A stretch of DNA of 63,827 nt, filler included, from Reclinomonas americana ATCC 50394 (taxonomy: Eukaryota): the NCBI GenBank assembly GCA_048213135.1. It is 16 parts of 16 records of this genome, joined end to end, with 100 filler letters (N's around TTAATTAATTAA, not from the genome) between each part and the next. Parts side by side here need not be neighbours in the genome. Positions count along the whole stretch, not along the records: positions 39,462 to 48,243 come from AFZH01017425.1; positions 48,344 to 56,357 come from AFZH01017426.1; 14 more parts are not named here. One strand, given 5' to 3'. This document shows positions 39,739 through 53,006 of this stretch, one piece after another (position 1 is the stretch's first letter; each line of letters begins with the position of its first letter). The notes under the pieces were generated by a model. The model was not told where the DNA came from and searched no databases. It saw only the letters and a list, made by a program, of their open reading frames with translations. The position numbers and the translations under genes are program-made.

Positions 39739-42700
39739 TCACAGCAACACACATTTTCCCTTTTTTGCACGTCGTCGGCACTCCTCCAACAACTTGATGG
39801 CATACACCGTGTGCGGATGATATTCACCAAGCACCGCTCGCATACCATCTACACACTCCACCAGCATCGCCTCTGCCTCGGCCCATCGTTGCTGCTTCAT
39901 GAGCAGGTCACCGTAGTTGTGCATCGTCGTCAATGTGCCTTCATGCCTGTCACCCAGCACCGCTCGAAGCCACTCCATACACTCACGGTACACATCAGCA
40001 GCTTCTCCCAATGATTCTGGTGTGCCTCGATTGGTGAGAGAAGAAGCAAGATTATTCATCGATACGAGAGTGCTCGGATGTCGATCTCCCAGCGATGCTC
40101 GCTTCAACTGCAAGCATTCTCGTTCAAGTTGAATCCTCTCTTCCAGACGACTGTCATCATGGATGCATGTGGCAAGATTGTTCATGGACATCAAAGTATC
40201 TGGATGCTCTGCTCCCAGAACCAGTCGTCGCATCTCCCAACACTGTCGAAAGAGAGTCTCAGCATCAGCAAATCGGTTTCGATTCTTGTGATACATAGCC
40301 TGCCAGTGCATCGTCCACATCGAGTCCGGATGACTCTCACCAAATGTTGCACACAGCCGCTCATGACACTGCACGAGAAGTGACAAGTCGTCTGTACAAA
40401 AAGCGAACAACATCAAGCAACGGAATGCGTCAATCTTATCCAGCACAGTCATCTCATCCCTCCCATCCGTCTCCCACTCTTCACACAATCGCCACGCCCG
40501 TTGCCACGCAGCGTCGCGTTCGTCCAACTGACGTAGCATATCAAACAACAACGCACAAGAATTCGCCACCACAATGGCGAATCGTCGTCGCAGTGGACAT
40601 CTGTGCGCTCACCACACTCCGTCACACGACGCATAAGCGATGATGCCACTGCTTCGTTGAATCCGCGAGACGGCAGATAGCCTCCTGCACACTGCTCACC
40701 AATCCAATCCACAGCGCCACACTGCACCAACAGCCCATTCACACCAACAGCATCCCTCGCCCACATGCCATCATCCTCACCTAACCGTCGCCACAGTGTG
40801 TGAAGCACATCAAGCAAGTCTCGCGACACCAACAGCTTAGCGTCACTGTCAATCTGCGTATCAATGCCACTCAGCACACAGCACACCAGTCGCACAATCA
40901 GTCGCTGCGCCCGTGACACGGCATCTACACACCGTCCCACAATCCATCCAGCAATCTCGTCGTGCACACGATACTCCACCACCGCACTGCCACCCTTCCC
41001 CTCCTGCTCACCACACAACACACGAGCGACGCTGTCCAAGCTGCCACTAACACCCACCGTCACCAGATTTGACAAGCACAGATCCTCCAGCACACCCTCC
41101 ACTCCGTCGTCACCACCCATAAACTCATCTCGCAGCGTACGCACTCGCTGCTCCTCTACCACACTCATCTCGTCAAAGTGCAGTCGCTCACCCACCACCT
41201 CGGGTGCACGCCGTCGTCTCTCCTGTGCCAGCTGATGCAGTCGCAGTCGACGCACAAACAGACCCAACTCCACCAATCGACCTGCCGCCTCTTCATCATC
41301 ATCCACTGCCGCCTGCCTATCATAACCACCACCCACAGCCACCGTCATATCGGGAATCACTCGCAGCACACCAAGCGCCACTCGTGCAAGTGCCACTGTC
41401 ACTGGCAAGCCGAGCTCCTTGCACGCCGTGATCAGCACCAGCAGACGACGTGCTGCTGCTGTCTGTGACATCACATTGCGTTCCAGCAGCTGCGACAGCG
41501 CATCGCCACCGATGCCACTCAGCACCTCCTCCAGTCGCGCGCCCACCAGCTGTGCTGGCGATTGTGACAGCAACCAGCTGTATGCCAGAGAAGAGAAGGA
41601 GAAAAGAGAGTGAGCCTTCTCGTCCGCACACCTTACTCACTCATCCACTCACCCAACACAAGCACTCACTCGCAGTGCACTCTTCTCCTGCTGTCCACTC
41701 TCCAGTGCCTCCACGATCCTTCGTCGCACATCCTCCGACACGACACCATGCAGTCGCCCCTCCACCAGCTGCACAATATCCTCGTTCTCCACACTCTCGA
41801 CTCGCACACACTCCACCTCCACCTCGTGCATCATCGAGTCACGAATCTTATCTGCCACCTGCCAATGTCGACTCGTCACCACCACAATCGGTGCCACCAT
41901 TCCACCTGCACACAGACGCACACGCATGATGCACATCAAGTCAGGATCCAACATACGAGCAAGAATGAGAATTCTGTCACCCCGACACGAACCCTCATCA
42001 GCACACTGAACAACACTCCTCACTTGCTCCGCCGATCCCACATTGTCCAGCACCATCACTCCACTCGAGGCGTGCATCAATTGTCGCAACAGACGACGTG
42101 CTGGCTCCACCTCACCACTCGCCAGCAGCGCATCCACCTGACCGGCCATCCTCCGTCCCTCCGCTTCGTCCACTCGCATCTGTGCCGTCACAAAGGCACG
42201 TAGACACTCGCCCAGAGCACTCTCCGCCTGCAGCACGTAGCATGAAGAGAGAGAGAGTCAGAATGACAACAGAAGAGATGATGCAAGAAAAGACACTGGT
42301 ATTCACCTTTACATGCTCCCTCGCATCGCCCACATGACCACGCATCTCCACTGACACGGCCGATCCCCTCCATCGGCGAGTCGCCAGCAACTCGGTCACC
42401 AGCAGCTCGGCCAGGAATGACTTGCCAGTGCCACCTTCACCCGTCAGCACAACCACGATTGGATGATGTGCTGCGCAAGTAACATCCACCACAGACAACA
42501 AGATGAGACACATGAATGCGGAGAAGGAAGGAAGGGAGAATGAGAAGGATTACCCAACCTTCCATAGCATCCACAATACGTGTGGCGAGTGAGGCTGCCA
42601 GTGCACGCCGACTTGGGAAGCGGAATGTGGTCACTGGATTGACTGTGCGGGCGATGAGTGCTGTCATTGATTGGCGACTGCTGTCGGGTGCTGTGTGGCA

Positions 42701-43982
42701 CGGAGAGTGAGTGTATGAACGCAACAATGCACATTGAATGCAGATCTATCATGGAGCGCACCTGCAGCTGAGGGAGACGAGGGAGAGATGCTCATCAGGT
42801 CGTCTCCTTCGTGCACTTCCATTCGCATCTAATCAATCACATGCAAGTGAGAAACAATATCTGCAAGCGACCACATCTGCATGCAGATCTACACAACTTG
42901 CACCACATTGGCTGCTATCGACGCTTGGTCTGCTTGACTCAGTGCGCCTGCATTCACACAATCAAGACAGCATCAGCTTCCACAATCCGTCAAATCATCA
43001 GCCATCTCTCTCCTCTCTCTCACCATCACGAGCCTCGTTCAGCTGCACCACCAATTCCTCTTCCACATCCCTGCCAATCTGCAGTCGCCGCACAAGCTGG
43101 TGCAACTCGCCCTCTCCTTCTCCTCCGTCACCGAGTAGAGGCTCAAAGAGTGCACGAGCTCGTGCGGGACTCGCTTGCTCAAACACCTCCCTCATTCGCA
43201 CAATCGCATCGCGCTGTGACAATCAAAGAGTGAGAGACACAATCACACAGAGGGAGATCATACTCCTCCTGCTTCCATCTCCACTCATTCTCACGCACAC
43301 TCACCACATCACCAACTGGAATCAGACGAGCCGGCTCGTCACGCGGGTGCTCTCGATGACCCGCCAGCAGCAAGATCGAGCAGCACAGCATCGCATCAAA
43401 CGAACTGCAGTCGTGCAGCTGTCCTCGCTGACGCCACTCGCGCACCGTCTGCTGCTCCTTCTCATTCAGCTGAACACACATGGTGACTCCGTCGGGCATG
43501 GTGCTGCATGGTGGGAAGACAGAAAGAAAGAGAGGATGCTGGTGAGTGAGGAAACGTGTGTGACAAGAAAGAGGGCGATTCATCAGGGATAGAGTGTGGA
43601 GCCACTTGCTGTTCTCTTCGCTCTTCTCTCTCTCATTCACATCTCCATCATCCTTCCCTACACACTCACCGCACATCACGCTCACTCGGCGCCTTGCACC
43701 ACTCATCGACATGATTCACACCAGGATACGAATCGAGAAATGCCGGCAGCACTTGCTCGAGTTTGGATTGCAGAGCGCGGGTGCATGGGCGAGACAGAGC
43801 TTTGGCAAGACGCACCATGCATTCTTCATCACCAGCATCGTGATGATGACTGCACGAGAGAGAAGCGGGGAGAGTGACAGGGAACGAATCACACACAACG
43901 TGAGAACGATGATGAATGCATCTGACAACAACACAATGAGAGACAAACGCAACTCACGCGGCACTCCACTCCCACTCGCCAT
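39739..43982 (-). pseudogene. NLR-like copy C, frameshifted upstream of the TPR region
   Basis: Walker A GEGGTGKS is intact. In the large last exon a 22-nt deletion relative to copy B at 40596/40597 shifts the frame (ORFs 41573-40449 and 40572-39739). An assembly error cannot be excluded. Confidence 0.75.
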
Positions 43983-44428
43983 GATGATATGTCACAACAG
44001 AAAATAGCAACAGCACACAGACAGATGCAGAGGGGAATGACACACTCTTGTGTCTCCGGGCGACACAATAAGAAGCGGAGAAATGCAACAACTCACTCTC
44101 CTTCTCTCTTGCACAAACGCACACACGCAAAGGGGAATCACACAGGCACAGAACAGAACGAGAACGCACAAGCTCACTTCCGCTCAGCAGCAGCGCAGCA
44201 ACACACAGTTGTGACTATTGGGACATGACGTCACCGAGATTGCAACATCCTAACGAAGTCTGCGCGGCAATGGGGGAGGTCGCAACACGAAGCTGCACTC
44301 CCGTGACGTGCGTTGCCATTGCGAGAACTCGCAGATGCAAACACCAGCAAGCTTGTTTATCTTCTCACCATCCTCGATCCAAGACATCACAATATCCACG
44401 TTCCCCCTCACTCTACTCTCCTTTCCTA

Positions 44429-44810
44429 TCACAGAACCACACAGCACCGTGCATCCGCCGTCTGCCCGCTCGCCTGCAGCGGTGTCCGCTCGCTCGTGGC
44501 CTTGCCACCCGCCGCCGCCGCGCCCGCACTGCGCGAGGTCGACGTTGCCGTGGCGCGGCTCTTGGCACTCTGCGGCGCCGACTGCGGGTCGAACAGGTGC
44601 AACGTGGGGTAGTTGGCCGAGTCGACTGCAAAGGGGAGAAGGTGAGACGGCGAGCAGGAAGTGGGGAAGAAGAGAACGCACTTGCATCCTCGTCGTCGAA
44701 ATCGCCAGCCGGCGCCTGCAGGTGCACGTCGTCTGCCGACACCACCATGGCACCAGCAGTTGTAGCAGCAGCAGGAGCGGCGGCAGTGGTTGTTGGTTGT
44801 GAATTCTGTG
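44429..44810 (-). pseudogene. Duplicated last two exons of the TBC/EF-hand gene
   Basis: Near-identical to 50160-50547 (NSQPT..AGAMVVSADDVHLQAPAGDFDDEDA / VDSANYPTLHLFD...RCCVVL*). No upstream exons are present. Confidence 0.85.
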
Positions 44811-44828
44811 AGGAGGGAAAAGAGCATA

Positions 44829-47800
44829 TCAATAGTCTGCACTCAACCAGCATCTACAGTTTAACGTGCTCACAAGACCCAATACCGCGCCAGCCTCAGA
44901 TGCGCTCTTGTTGGCCTTCCTTGCACGTTTCCGCCACTCGGCCAAACACTTGATGACATTTACAGTGTCCGGATGCTGATCACCAAGCATCGCTCGCCGA
45001 CCATCCACGCACTCCACCAGCAACGCGTCTGCCTCGTCCCATCGTTGCTGCTTCATGAGAACAATCCCGTAACCAAACATCGTCAGTAATGTGAACTGAT
45101 TCCTGTCTCCCAGTATCTCTCGCGATTTTTCCAAGCACTCAGCGCACAATTCTGCAGCTTCCGCCAATGATGCCGGTGTGTTTTGTTGATTGAGAGAATT
45201 CGCAAGATTGTTCATCGAAGCGAGAGTGCTCTGATGCCGATCGCCCAGTGCTACTCGCTTCAGTTGCAGGCACTTGCGTTCCAGTTGAAGTGACTCCTCA
45301 AGCCGACTCCCATCCTGGATACACTTTGCAACACTGGTCATACAGGCTAATGTGTCGGGGTGATCCGCCCCAAGAACCAGTTGTCGCATCTCCCAACACT
45401 GTCGCCAGAGTGCCTCAGCATCAACTCGCTGCGGTCGATAATAGAGGCTCAGAGCTTTGTAGTGCAACGTTGTCAGCGAGTCCGGATGACACTCACCAAG
45501 TGTCGCACACTGCCACTCATGAGATTGGAACAAAAGTGGCAAGTTACCATCACAAAAAGCGAACCACATCAAGCAGCGCAGTGCATCAATCGTATCCAAC
45601 ACAGTCATCTCGCCACTGGCATCCCTTTCCCAGTCCTCACACAGTCGCCACGCCTGCTGCCACGCTTCTGCACAATCGTCAGCCAGGCGAAGAATGTTGA
45701 ACAACCACGCGAGACACCTCGCTACCACATTGGAAAACCGACATTGCACAAGATCCATATCTGCATCATCATCTCCAAGATCTTCAAACTCCGTCACTCG
45801 TTGTACAAGCGACAAGGCCAAGGCTATGTTGAATCCACGAGGCGGTAGTTTTTGGTTTACGCACTGCTGACAAATCCACTCCACAGCCCCACACTGCACC
45901 AGCAGCCCAGCCACACCAACCACATCACTCGCCCACATGCCATCATCCTCACCCAACCGTCGCCACACCGTGTGAAGTACATCGAGCAAGTCACGCGACA
46001 CCAACAGCACACCGTCGCTGTCATTCTGCAAGTCAATGCCACTCAGCACACAACACATGAGTCGCACAATCAGCCGTTGTGCCCGTGACACTGCATCCCC
46101 ACACCGTCCCACAATCCACCGAGCAATCTCATCGTGCACTCGGTACTCCACCACCGAGTTACTTTCTCTCACCTGCTCGCCAGACAGCACACGAGCCACA
46201 CTGTCCATGCTGCCACTGACACCAACCGTCACCAGATTCGACACGCACAGACCCTCCAGCACATCCTCCACTCCTTCACCAACACCACCACCACCCACCA
46301 ACTCATCACGCCGTGCACGCACTCGCTGCCTCTCCTCCTCACTCATCTCGTCAAACTGCAGTCCCTCACCCACCACCTCTGGTGCACGCCTTCGCCTCTC
46401 CTGCGCCAATTCATGCAATCGCAGTCGACGCACACATTGACCCAACTCCACCAGCCGACTTGCCGCCTCCTCATCTTCATCACCACCATCCACAGCCACT
46501 ATCATATCGGGAATCACTCGCAGCACACCCAGCGCCACTCGTACGAGTGCCACCGTCACTGGCAAGCCGAGTTCCTTGCACGCCGTGATCAGCACTAACT
46601 GACGACGCGCGGCAGCTGTCTGCGACATCACATTGCGCTCCAGCAGCTGCGACAGTGCATCGCCACCAATGCCGCTCAGCACCTCCTCAAGTCGTGCACC
46701 CACCAGCTGCGCAGTAGACTGTGACAGCAACCAGCTGCATGACAAGAAGAAGAGAGGGAGAGAAGAGTAAGTCATTTCATCTGCAACAGTTGCTCACATT
46801 CATTCACTCACCCAACACACGCACTCACTCGCAGTGCACTTTTCTCCTGATGTCCACCCTCCAGCGCCTCCACAATCCGAAGTCGCACATCCACTGTAAC
46901 CTTGTGGCGCAATCGCCCCTCCACAAGCTGCACAATGTCCTCGTTCTCCACATTCTCCACTCGCACACATTCCACCTCTGCCTCGTGCAACATCGAGTCA
47001 CGAATCTCATCCGCCACTTGTCCATATCGACTCGTCACCACCACAATCGGTGCAACCAGACCACCTGCACATATGCATGATGCACATCAAGTCAGAATGC
47101 ATCATCAAAGCAAGAATGACGGTTCTCTCACTTGACAAAAACGCACCCTCATCAGCACATTGAACAACACTCCTCACTTGCTCAGCCGATCCCACATTGT
47201 CCAGCACCATCACTCCACACGATGCGTGCATCAATTGTCGCAGGAGACGACGTGCTGGCTCCACCTCGTCACTCGCCAACAGCGCATCCACCTGACCGGC
47301 CATCCTTCGTCCCTCCGCTTCATCCTCCCGCATCTGTGCCGTCACAAAGGCACGCAGACACTCGCCCAGAGCACTATCCGCCTGCACAATGTGGCAGAAA
47401 GAGAGAGAGAGTCAGAATGACAGCCAAAGAAATGATTTAACATGAAAGACAACATGCATATTCCTCAGCACACCTTCACATGCTCTCTAGCATCACCCAC
47501 ATGACCACGCATCTCCACAGACACGGCTGAACCCTTCCATCGACGAGTCGACAGCAACTCGGTCACCAGTAGGTCGGCCAGGAATGTCTTGCCAGTGCCA
47601 CCATCACCCGTCAGCACCACCATGATTGGCTGACGTGCTGCGCAAGATATCATCCAACATAAGACAAACATGATGAGACACATGAATGTGGAGAAGGAAG
47701 GGAGGGAGAATGAGAAGGAACACCCAACCTTCCACAGCGGCCATAATGCGCGTGGCAAGTGAGGCTGCCAGTGTGCGACGACTTGGGAAGCGGAATGCGG

Positions 47801-48446
47801 TCACTGGACTGACGGTGCGGGCGATGAGCGGTGCCTCGAACGGGAGACTGCAGTCTGGTGCTGTGTGGCACAAAGAGAGTGAGGGTGAGCACAGCCATGC
47901 GCACTCCATGCAAGTCGATCATAGAACGAACCTGCAGCTGAGGGAGAAGAAGGGGCGAGACATAATGCGTCAAGTCGGTGATGCACACGCTCCACCTCAT
48001 CGCGAATCTAACCAGTCCCATGTAAATGAGAAACGAGTCATATGCAAATGGCAGCCAAAGATGCACATCCACATAACTTGCTCCATATTTACCGGCGGTG
48101 GCGAAGACTGGTTACCTTGACTCAGCGCACCTGCATACACACACCGCCAATCAGCACCGCAATTCAATCAATCCACACGTACAAGCACCAGCGATCTCTC
48201 TCTCTCTCACTCTCTCTCTCTCTCTCTCTCTCTCCTCTCTACCNNNNNNNNNNNNNNNNNNNNNNNNNNNNNNNNNNNNNNNNNNNNTTAATTAATTAAN
48301 NNNNNNNNNNNNNNNNNNNNNNNNNNNNNNNNNNNNNNNNNNNTTACGTACTACGACGCGACCACGTCACTACTACACCACCACCACCACTACGACACCG
48401 ACCACTACTAACTACAACTACACCACCTACGAACGACACCACGACG

Positions 48447-48513
<67 letters not shown>

Positions 48514-49734
48514 CCCACTCACCATCACCACCCTCGTTCAAAATTACTTCGACTGTTTGTGAATTTGAAGTACCTGGAGGCGGCCAGGAAAAAACATGTG
48601 TCAGTTCCGTTGCAATACCTAGAAACCGAGAGTTTCAAAGAAGCTAACCTGGATGGACGCTGAGTCGGAAGTAATTTAGCTCCATTTCTGATAACTTGTG
48701 CCGATGGACAGCTTCCTGTTGACGTCCTTGCTGCCGCATGTCTGATAGCTTGAGCCTGACTTGTTCGTGCCAGACAGGAAGCAGCAAATGTCCATGTTCC
48801 TTTATGGCGTGCACGAGTGCACGAACATAGGGTGATTCAAATGCTGGAAGACGAACACGAGAAATTTGTGAGTTTCAATGCATTGCAGACAAATCACTGC
48901 ACTGGTTACTCACCACCCTCATGTGCTTGCCAGCCATGATAGCAGGCAAAGCCGACAAACACATTGTCAGTCAGACGACCCTCGTCAACCGGACTGGCAT
49001 GTGAACTGCACCAACCGAGAGTGAGTGAAATAGCCCGTTTGCGACGCGCCACATCAATCCATCCACGCACCTGTCGACTGAACGGCAACAGTTCATCAGC
49101 AAGATCAACACCGCACGCCTTGACATCTTCTGCCGCAGTTGGATCATGCAGTAGTCGGCGAGCTTCAGTGATTTTTCTCCGTTCAGCTGTAGCCAAATTG
49201 GTTAACTCAACATGTCTTCAACGAACACAAGCATGCCACACAAGCTCACCAGGCGTGTTTTGGGGACGTGATTGGCATCGCATGGGAGGAGCAACAAGTC
49301 TCCGTCACTCGCCAGCCCGTGACCAGAGAAGAAAAGAAGTACGCACTCGCGTTCCTCGTTTACCATCTCTTGCACGAATACGTCAAGCACGGAGTGCATG
49401 TCATCGCCCACCACATCAGATTGTGGACAAACATGGAAACCAATCGCCTCAAGCACTGGCTGCAGGAGGGCTGCGTGTGTGCGAGGAGTGAGAAAATTGA
49501 CGAAGACACGTGCACGTGCACGTCACGTGCACGTCAGAAAGGAAGATCCACTCACCCACATCATGTGGCGGGTTCCTCAGCGCTGCATAGGGTCCCTCGC
49601 CGTCGCAAGTGTTGCCGATGAGGACAGCCACGCGTTTGTATCGTCTGCAAGAAGATTAGTGCAAACGAATGATAGTTTGGCACCAACGACGAGAAGATGC
49701 GCAACTCTCGCAGCACTTCACTCCCGCTTGCCAT
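44829..49734 (-). CDS. NLR-like protein copy D: caspase-family (peptidase C14) domain + NB-ARC-type STAND NTPase + TPR
   Basis: Exons 49734-49706, 49644-49556, 49470-49250, 49186-49071, 49005-48914, 48843-48649 and 48573-48523 splice in frame: RVAVLIGN..LRNPPHDV..LEAIGFHV..LLFFSGHG..LLPCD..LILLMNCCR..FVGFAC..SPYVRAL. A phase-1 intron spans the spacer to the exon at 48130, followed by GDGGTGKT, VLDNV, VTSR, VHD and TPRs. Confidence 0.85.
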
Positions 49735-50159
49735 GATGATGCGTCACAATAAGAACACAAGAGCACACTGACAGGTGCACAGGGGAAAAACACACACTGT
49801 CTCTCTCTCTCTCTCTCACACACACAATAAGAAGCGGAAAAATACAACAACTCACTCCTTCTCTCTCAGGCACACACACGCACACAGTGGATAAGGTCAC
49901 TGACACAGAAACGAGAACACAGCTCACTTCTGCTCACAGCAGCAGCAACGACCTTCCGGAAATGAGACAGTGGGACATGACTTCGTCGGAGTGCTATGCA
50001 TGCTGCATGCTGCTCACAAGGCATGAACAGCTTGTCGCCGAGAACAGATATTTGTACGTGCACATAGTCCGTGCGGCTTAGAGTGTTCTTGGGACGTGGT
50101 GACCAACGTCGGCCTTCAAGGCCTGCGCGACGCATTCTTTCACTCCCCTCACTATTCTG

Positions 50160-52778
50160 TCAAAGAACCACACAGCACCGCGCATCCGCCGTCTGCCCGC
50201 TCGCCTGCAACGGTGTCCGCTCGCTCGTGGCCTTGCCACCCGCCGCCGCCGCGCCAGCACTGCGCGAAGTCGACGTCGCCGTGGCGCGGCTCTTCGCACT
50301 CTGCGGCGCCGACTGCGGGTCAAACAGGTGCAGCGTGGGGTAGTTGGCCGAGTCGACTGCAAAGGGGAGAACGTGAGACGGCGAACAGGAAGAGGAAAAG
50401 AGGCAAGAGGAAACGCACTTGCATCCTCGTCATCGAAATCGCCAGCCGGTGCCTGCAGGTGCACGTCGTCTGCCGATACCACCATGGCACCGGCAGTTGT
50501 AGCAGCAGCAGGAGCGGCGGCAGTGGCTGTTGGTTGTGAGTTCTGTGGAGGAGAGGATAGGGTAAGTGGGAAGTGTAAAGAGAGGAAGAGGGGGAGGCAT
50601 CGTGAACAGAATGAGAGACAGCGACAGGAAAAGGGGCAGGAAGAAGAAAAAGACATGAGGAAAGAGGTAGGAGGAGAGGACGACAAAGGAAGAGGAGCAG
50701 GAGGAGAGGGAGAAGCGAGGAATAGGAAGAGAGGAACAGGAAAGGAAAGAGAGACAGAGAGAGCAAGAGCAAGAGGAAAGGATAAGGGAGAAAAGATGAA
50801 GACACAAGAATGAGAAAGATAAAGAGGAACAAGAAGAGGAAGAACATAAGGTGGAGAGGAGGAGCAAACGGAACAGGAACTGGAAAAGGATGGGGAAAGT
50901 AAAGAACAACAGCTGGAGAGGAGGAAGAGAACCCGGAACGGAAGTGTAAGAGAAGAGGGAAGAGAAGAGGACGAGAAACGAAGAGGAACAGCAGGAGCAA
51001 CAGACACATGAACATGTAGAGGGACAGGAAGAGAAAGTGGGAGAGAAAAGGAACAGGAGGCAGAGATAAACGCAGAAGAATAGGAACAGAAGAAGAAGAA
51101 GAAGAACTGGAACACGAACAAAGAGGAGAGGAACAGAAGAAGAGGAAGGGGACGAGAACGTGGAAGAGGAACAGAGAGAGGAAAAGGACCAGCAACTCGA
51201 GGAGGTGAAGCGGAAGTGAAATAGGAAGAGAAAGAGAAAGAAGAAAGTGGATCTGGAGGAAGACGGAAGAGGAAGAGGAAGAGGGCAAGAAAGAGGAGCA
51301 CGAACAGGATCAGGATCAGGAATGGAAGTGAAAGAGCTGTAGAAAGGAGAAGAAAGAGAATGAGACAGAGAAGACGAAGACGAACAAAATAGGAACAGGA
51401 CCAGGAACGGAAGTGTAACAGAAGGAGGAAAGGAGGAAGAGAAAGGGGGAAGCGGAGAGGACGAGAAGAAAGCGGAGAGGACGAGAAGGATGAGGAGGAT
51501 GTAGTAAAAAGGAACAGGAACATGAAACGACGAGAACGACAAAAGAAACAAGATGAGCAAGACAAAGTGAATCAAGCGAGAGAGGAGGACGAGGAAAACA
51601 ACCAGTGACCAGCTGTCTTTCTTCTTCCTCTATGCTCATACTTACCGATGCCGCCGCCGCCGCCGACGCGCGCTTGTTAACATTGCGCCGCGCCGACGCC
51701 GCCTTGGTGCGCTGCACCTTCTTGTGGATGGAAAACGCCTCGATAATGGCCGGCTCGAGATACGCCCACTGCACGAGCTCGTCGTAGCTGCGGCAAGCAG
51801 GTCAGACACGATAAGCCACTGCTGGAACATAAGGCCTCTCACCTGATCTTGCCGTCGTTGTTGATGTCAATGTTCTGCGACACATCGCGGGTGAGATGCA
51901 CAGAAGACACCAGCAGACTCTAAACTGCACTCCAAGCTCATGATCGCGCTGGCGTTGCCGCTCGACGGGTCGTTTACCGATAAGCTGCAAAGCTGCTCAT
52001 CTCTTGCTTCACTACGAATTCTCTTCAATCTGTTCGTGCTCCTCAGCAATTGAAGTCTCTCCGTTCAGCCGTACTTGTCCACTATTCTCAACCCACAACT
52101 TGCATCCTCCTTCATCCCTTCACCCTTCACCTCCCCGCTCACCTCAAACACACTATCCGTGTCCGACGCCATTGACGACCGCACACCGACACTGTTCACC
52201 GTCTGCACCAGCGCCGCCAACTCCGCCTTGTCGATGAACCCACTCTTGTCGCGATCGTAGGCCTGGAACACGACTGCGAAAGAGAAAAAGCTTCAGAAAC
52301 AGGAGCAAGAAAAGTGACGCAAGAGATAAGCAACCTTGCAGCTTGTCGGTGAACGATCCGTCCAACAGCAACGCCAGCGCGGTCATGAGCTCGCGGAATG
52401 TCAGCACTCCATCGCGATTCTGGTCGAACAAGTTGAAGAGCGAAGTGGCCTCTCCCGGGTGCCGTTCCCAGCTGCGAGGTGAATGGGAAGGGGGACGGGG
52501 GGAAAGGAAGAGGCAAAGCTGTGAGCTCAAGTGACAACAAAGGAGACTTGTTCGCCTGAGATATGTCTGCAGCTCAGTGTCCTTCTCTATAACTTTCTCC
52601 CTTGGCGCTCTTGCGAGTGTGTGCGCGTGCGCGCCCCTCAAGTGATTAATTCGGTGCATAGCATGTCGATTAAACCTCTCTCTCCTCTTGTTTGTGATTG
52701 TGCGTGTGTTTCAAGTGTCAACAAAAAGAGTCTCACTCGTCGCTGAGAAGTTGTTTTCGGTACGCAAGTCTCAGTTGC

Positions 52779-52831
<53 letters not shown>

Positions 52832-52974
52832 CGTGTGCACGTGCACAAGTCTGTGTGCATGCGCCCTCAGGTAATAACGACGGCCCCTTGCTTATCGTGC
52901 CAGTGTCGCTTGTATCACTATATGCATGTGTGTTTGCCTGTATGTATTCTCATCTCAAAGAACATTTACACATG

Positions 52975-53006
<32 letters not shown>

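Noticed and set aside
48906..49196. ORF-track peptide MATAERRKITEARR... as a separate gene
   Set aside because: Wrong frame for the 49186-49071 exon. The spliced frame gives LILLMNCCR of the caspase-like domain.
28045..49734. Repeated ~4.3-kb units as a transposable element family
   Set aside because: No transposase, reverse transcriptase, TIR or LTR seen. The units are intron-containing STAND-TPR genes.
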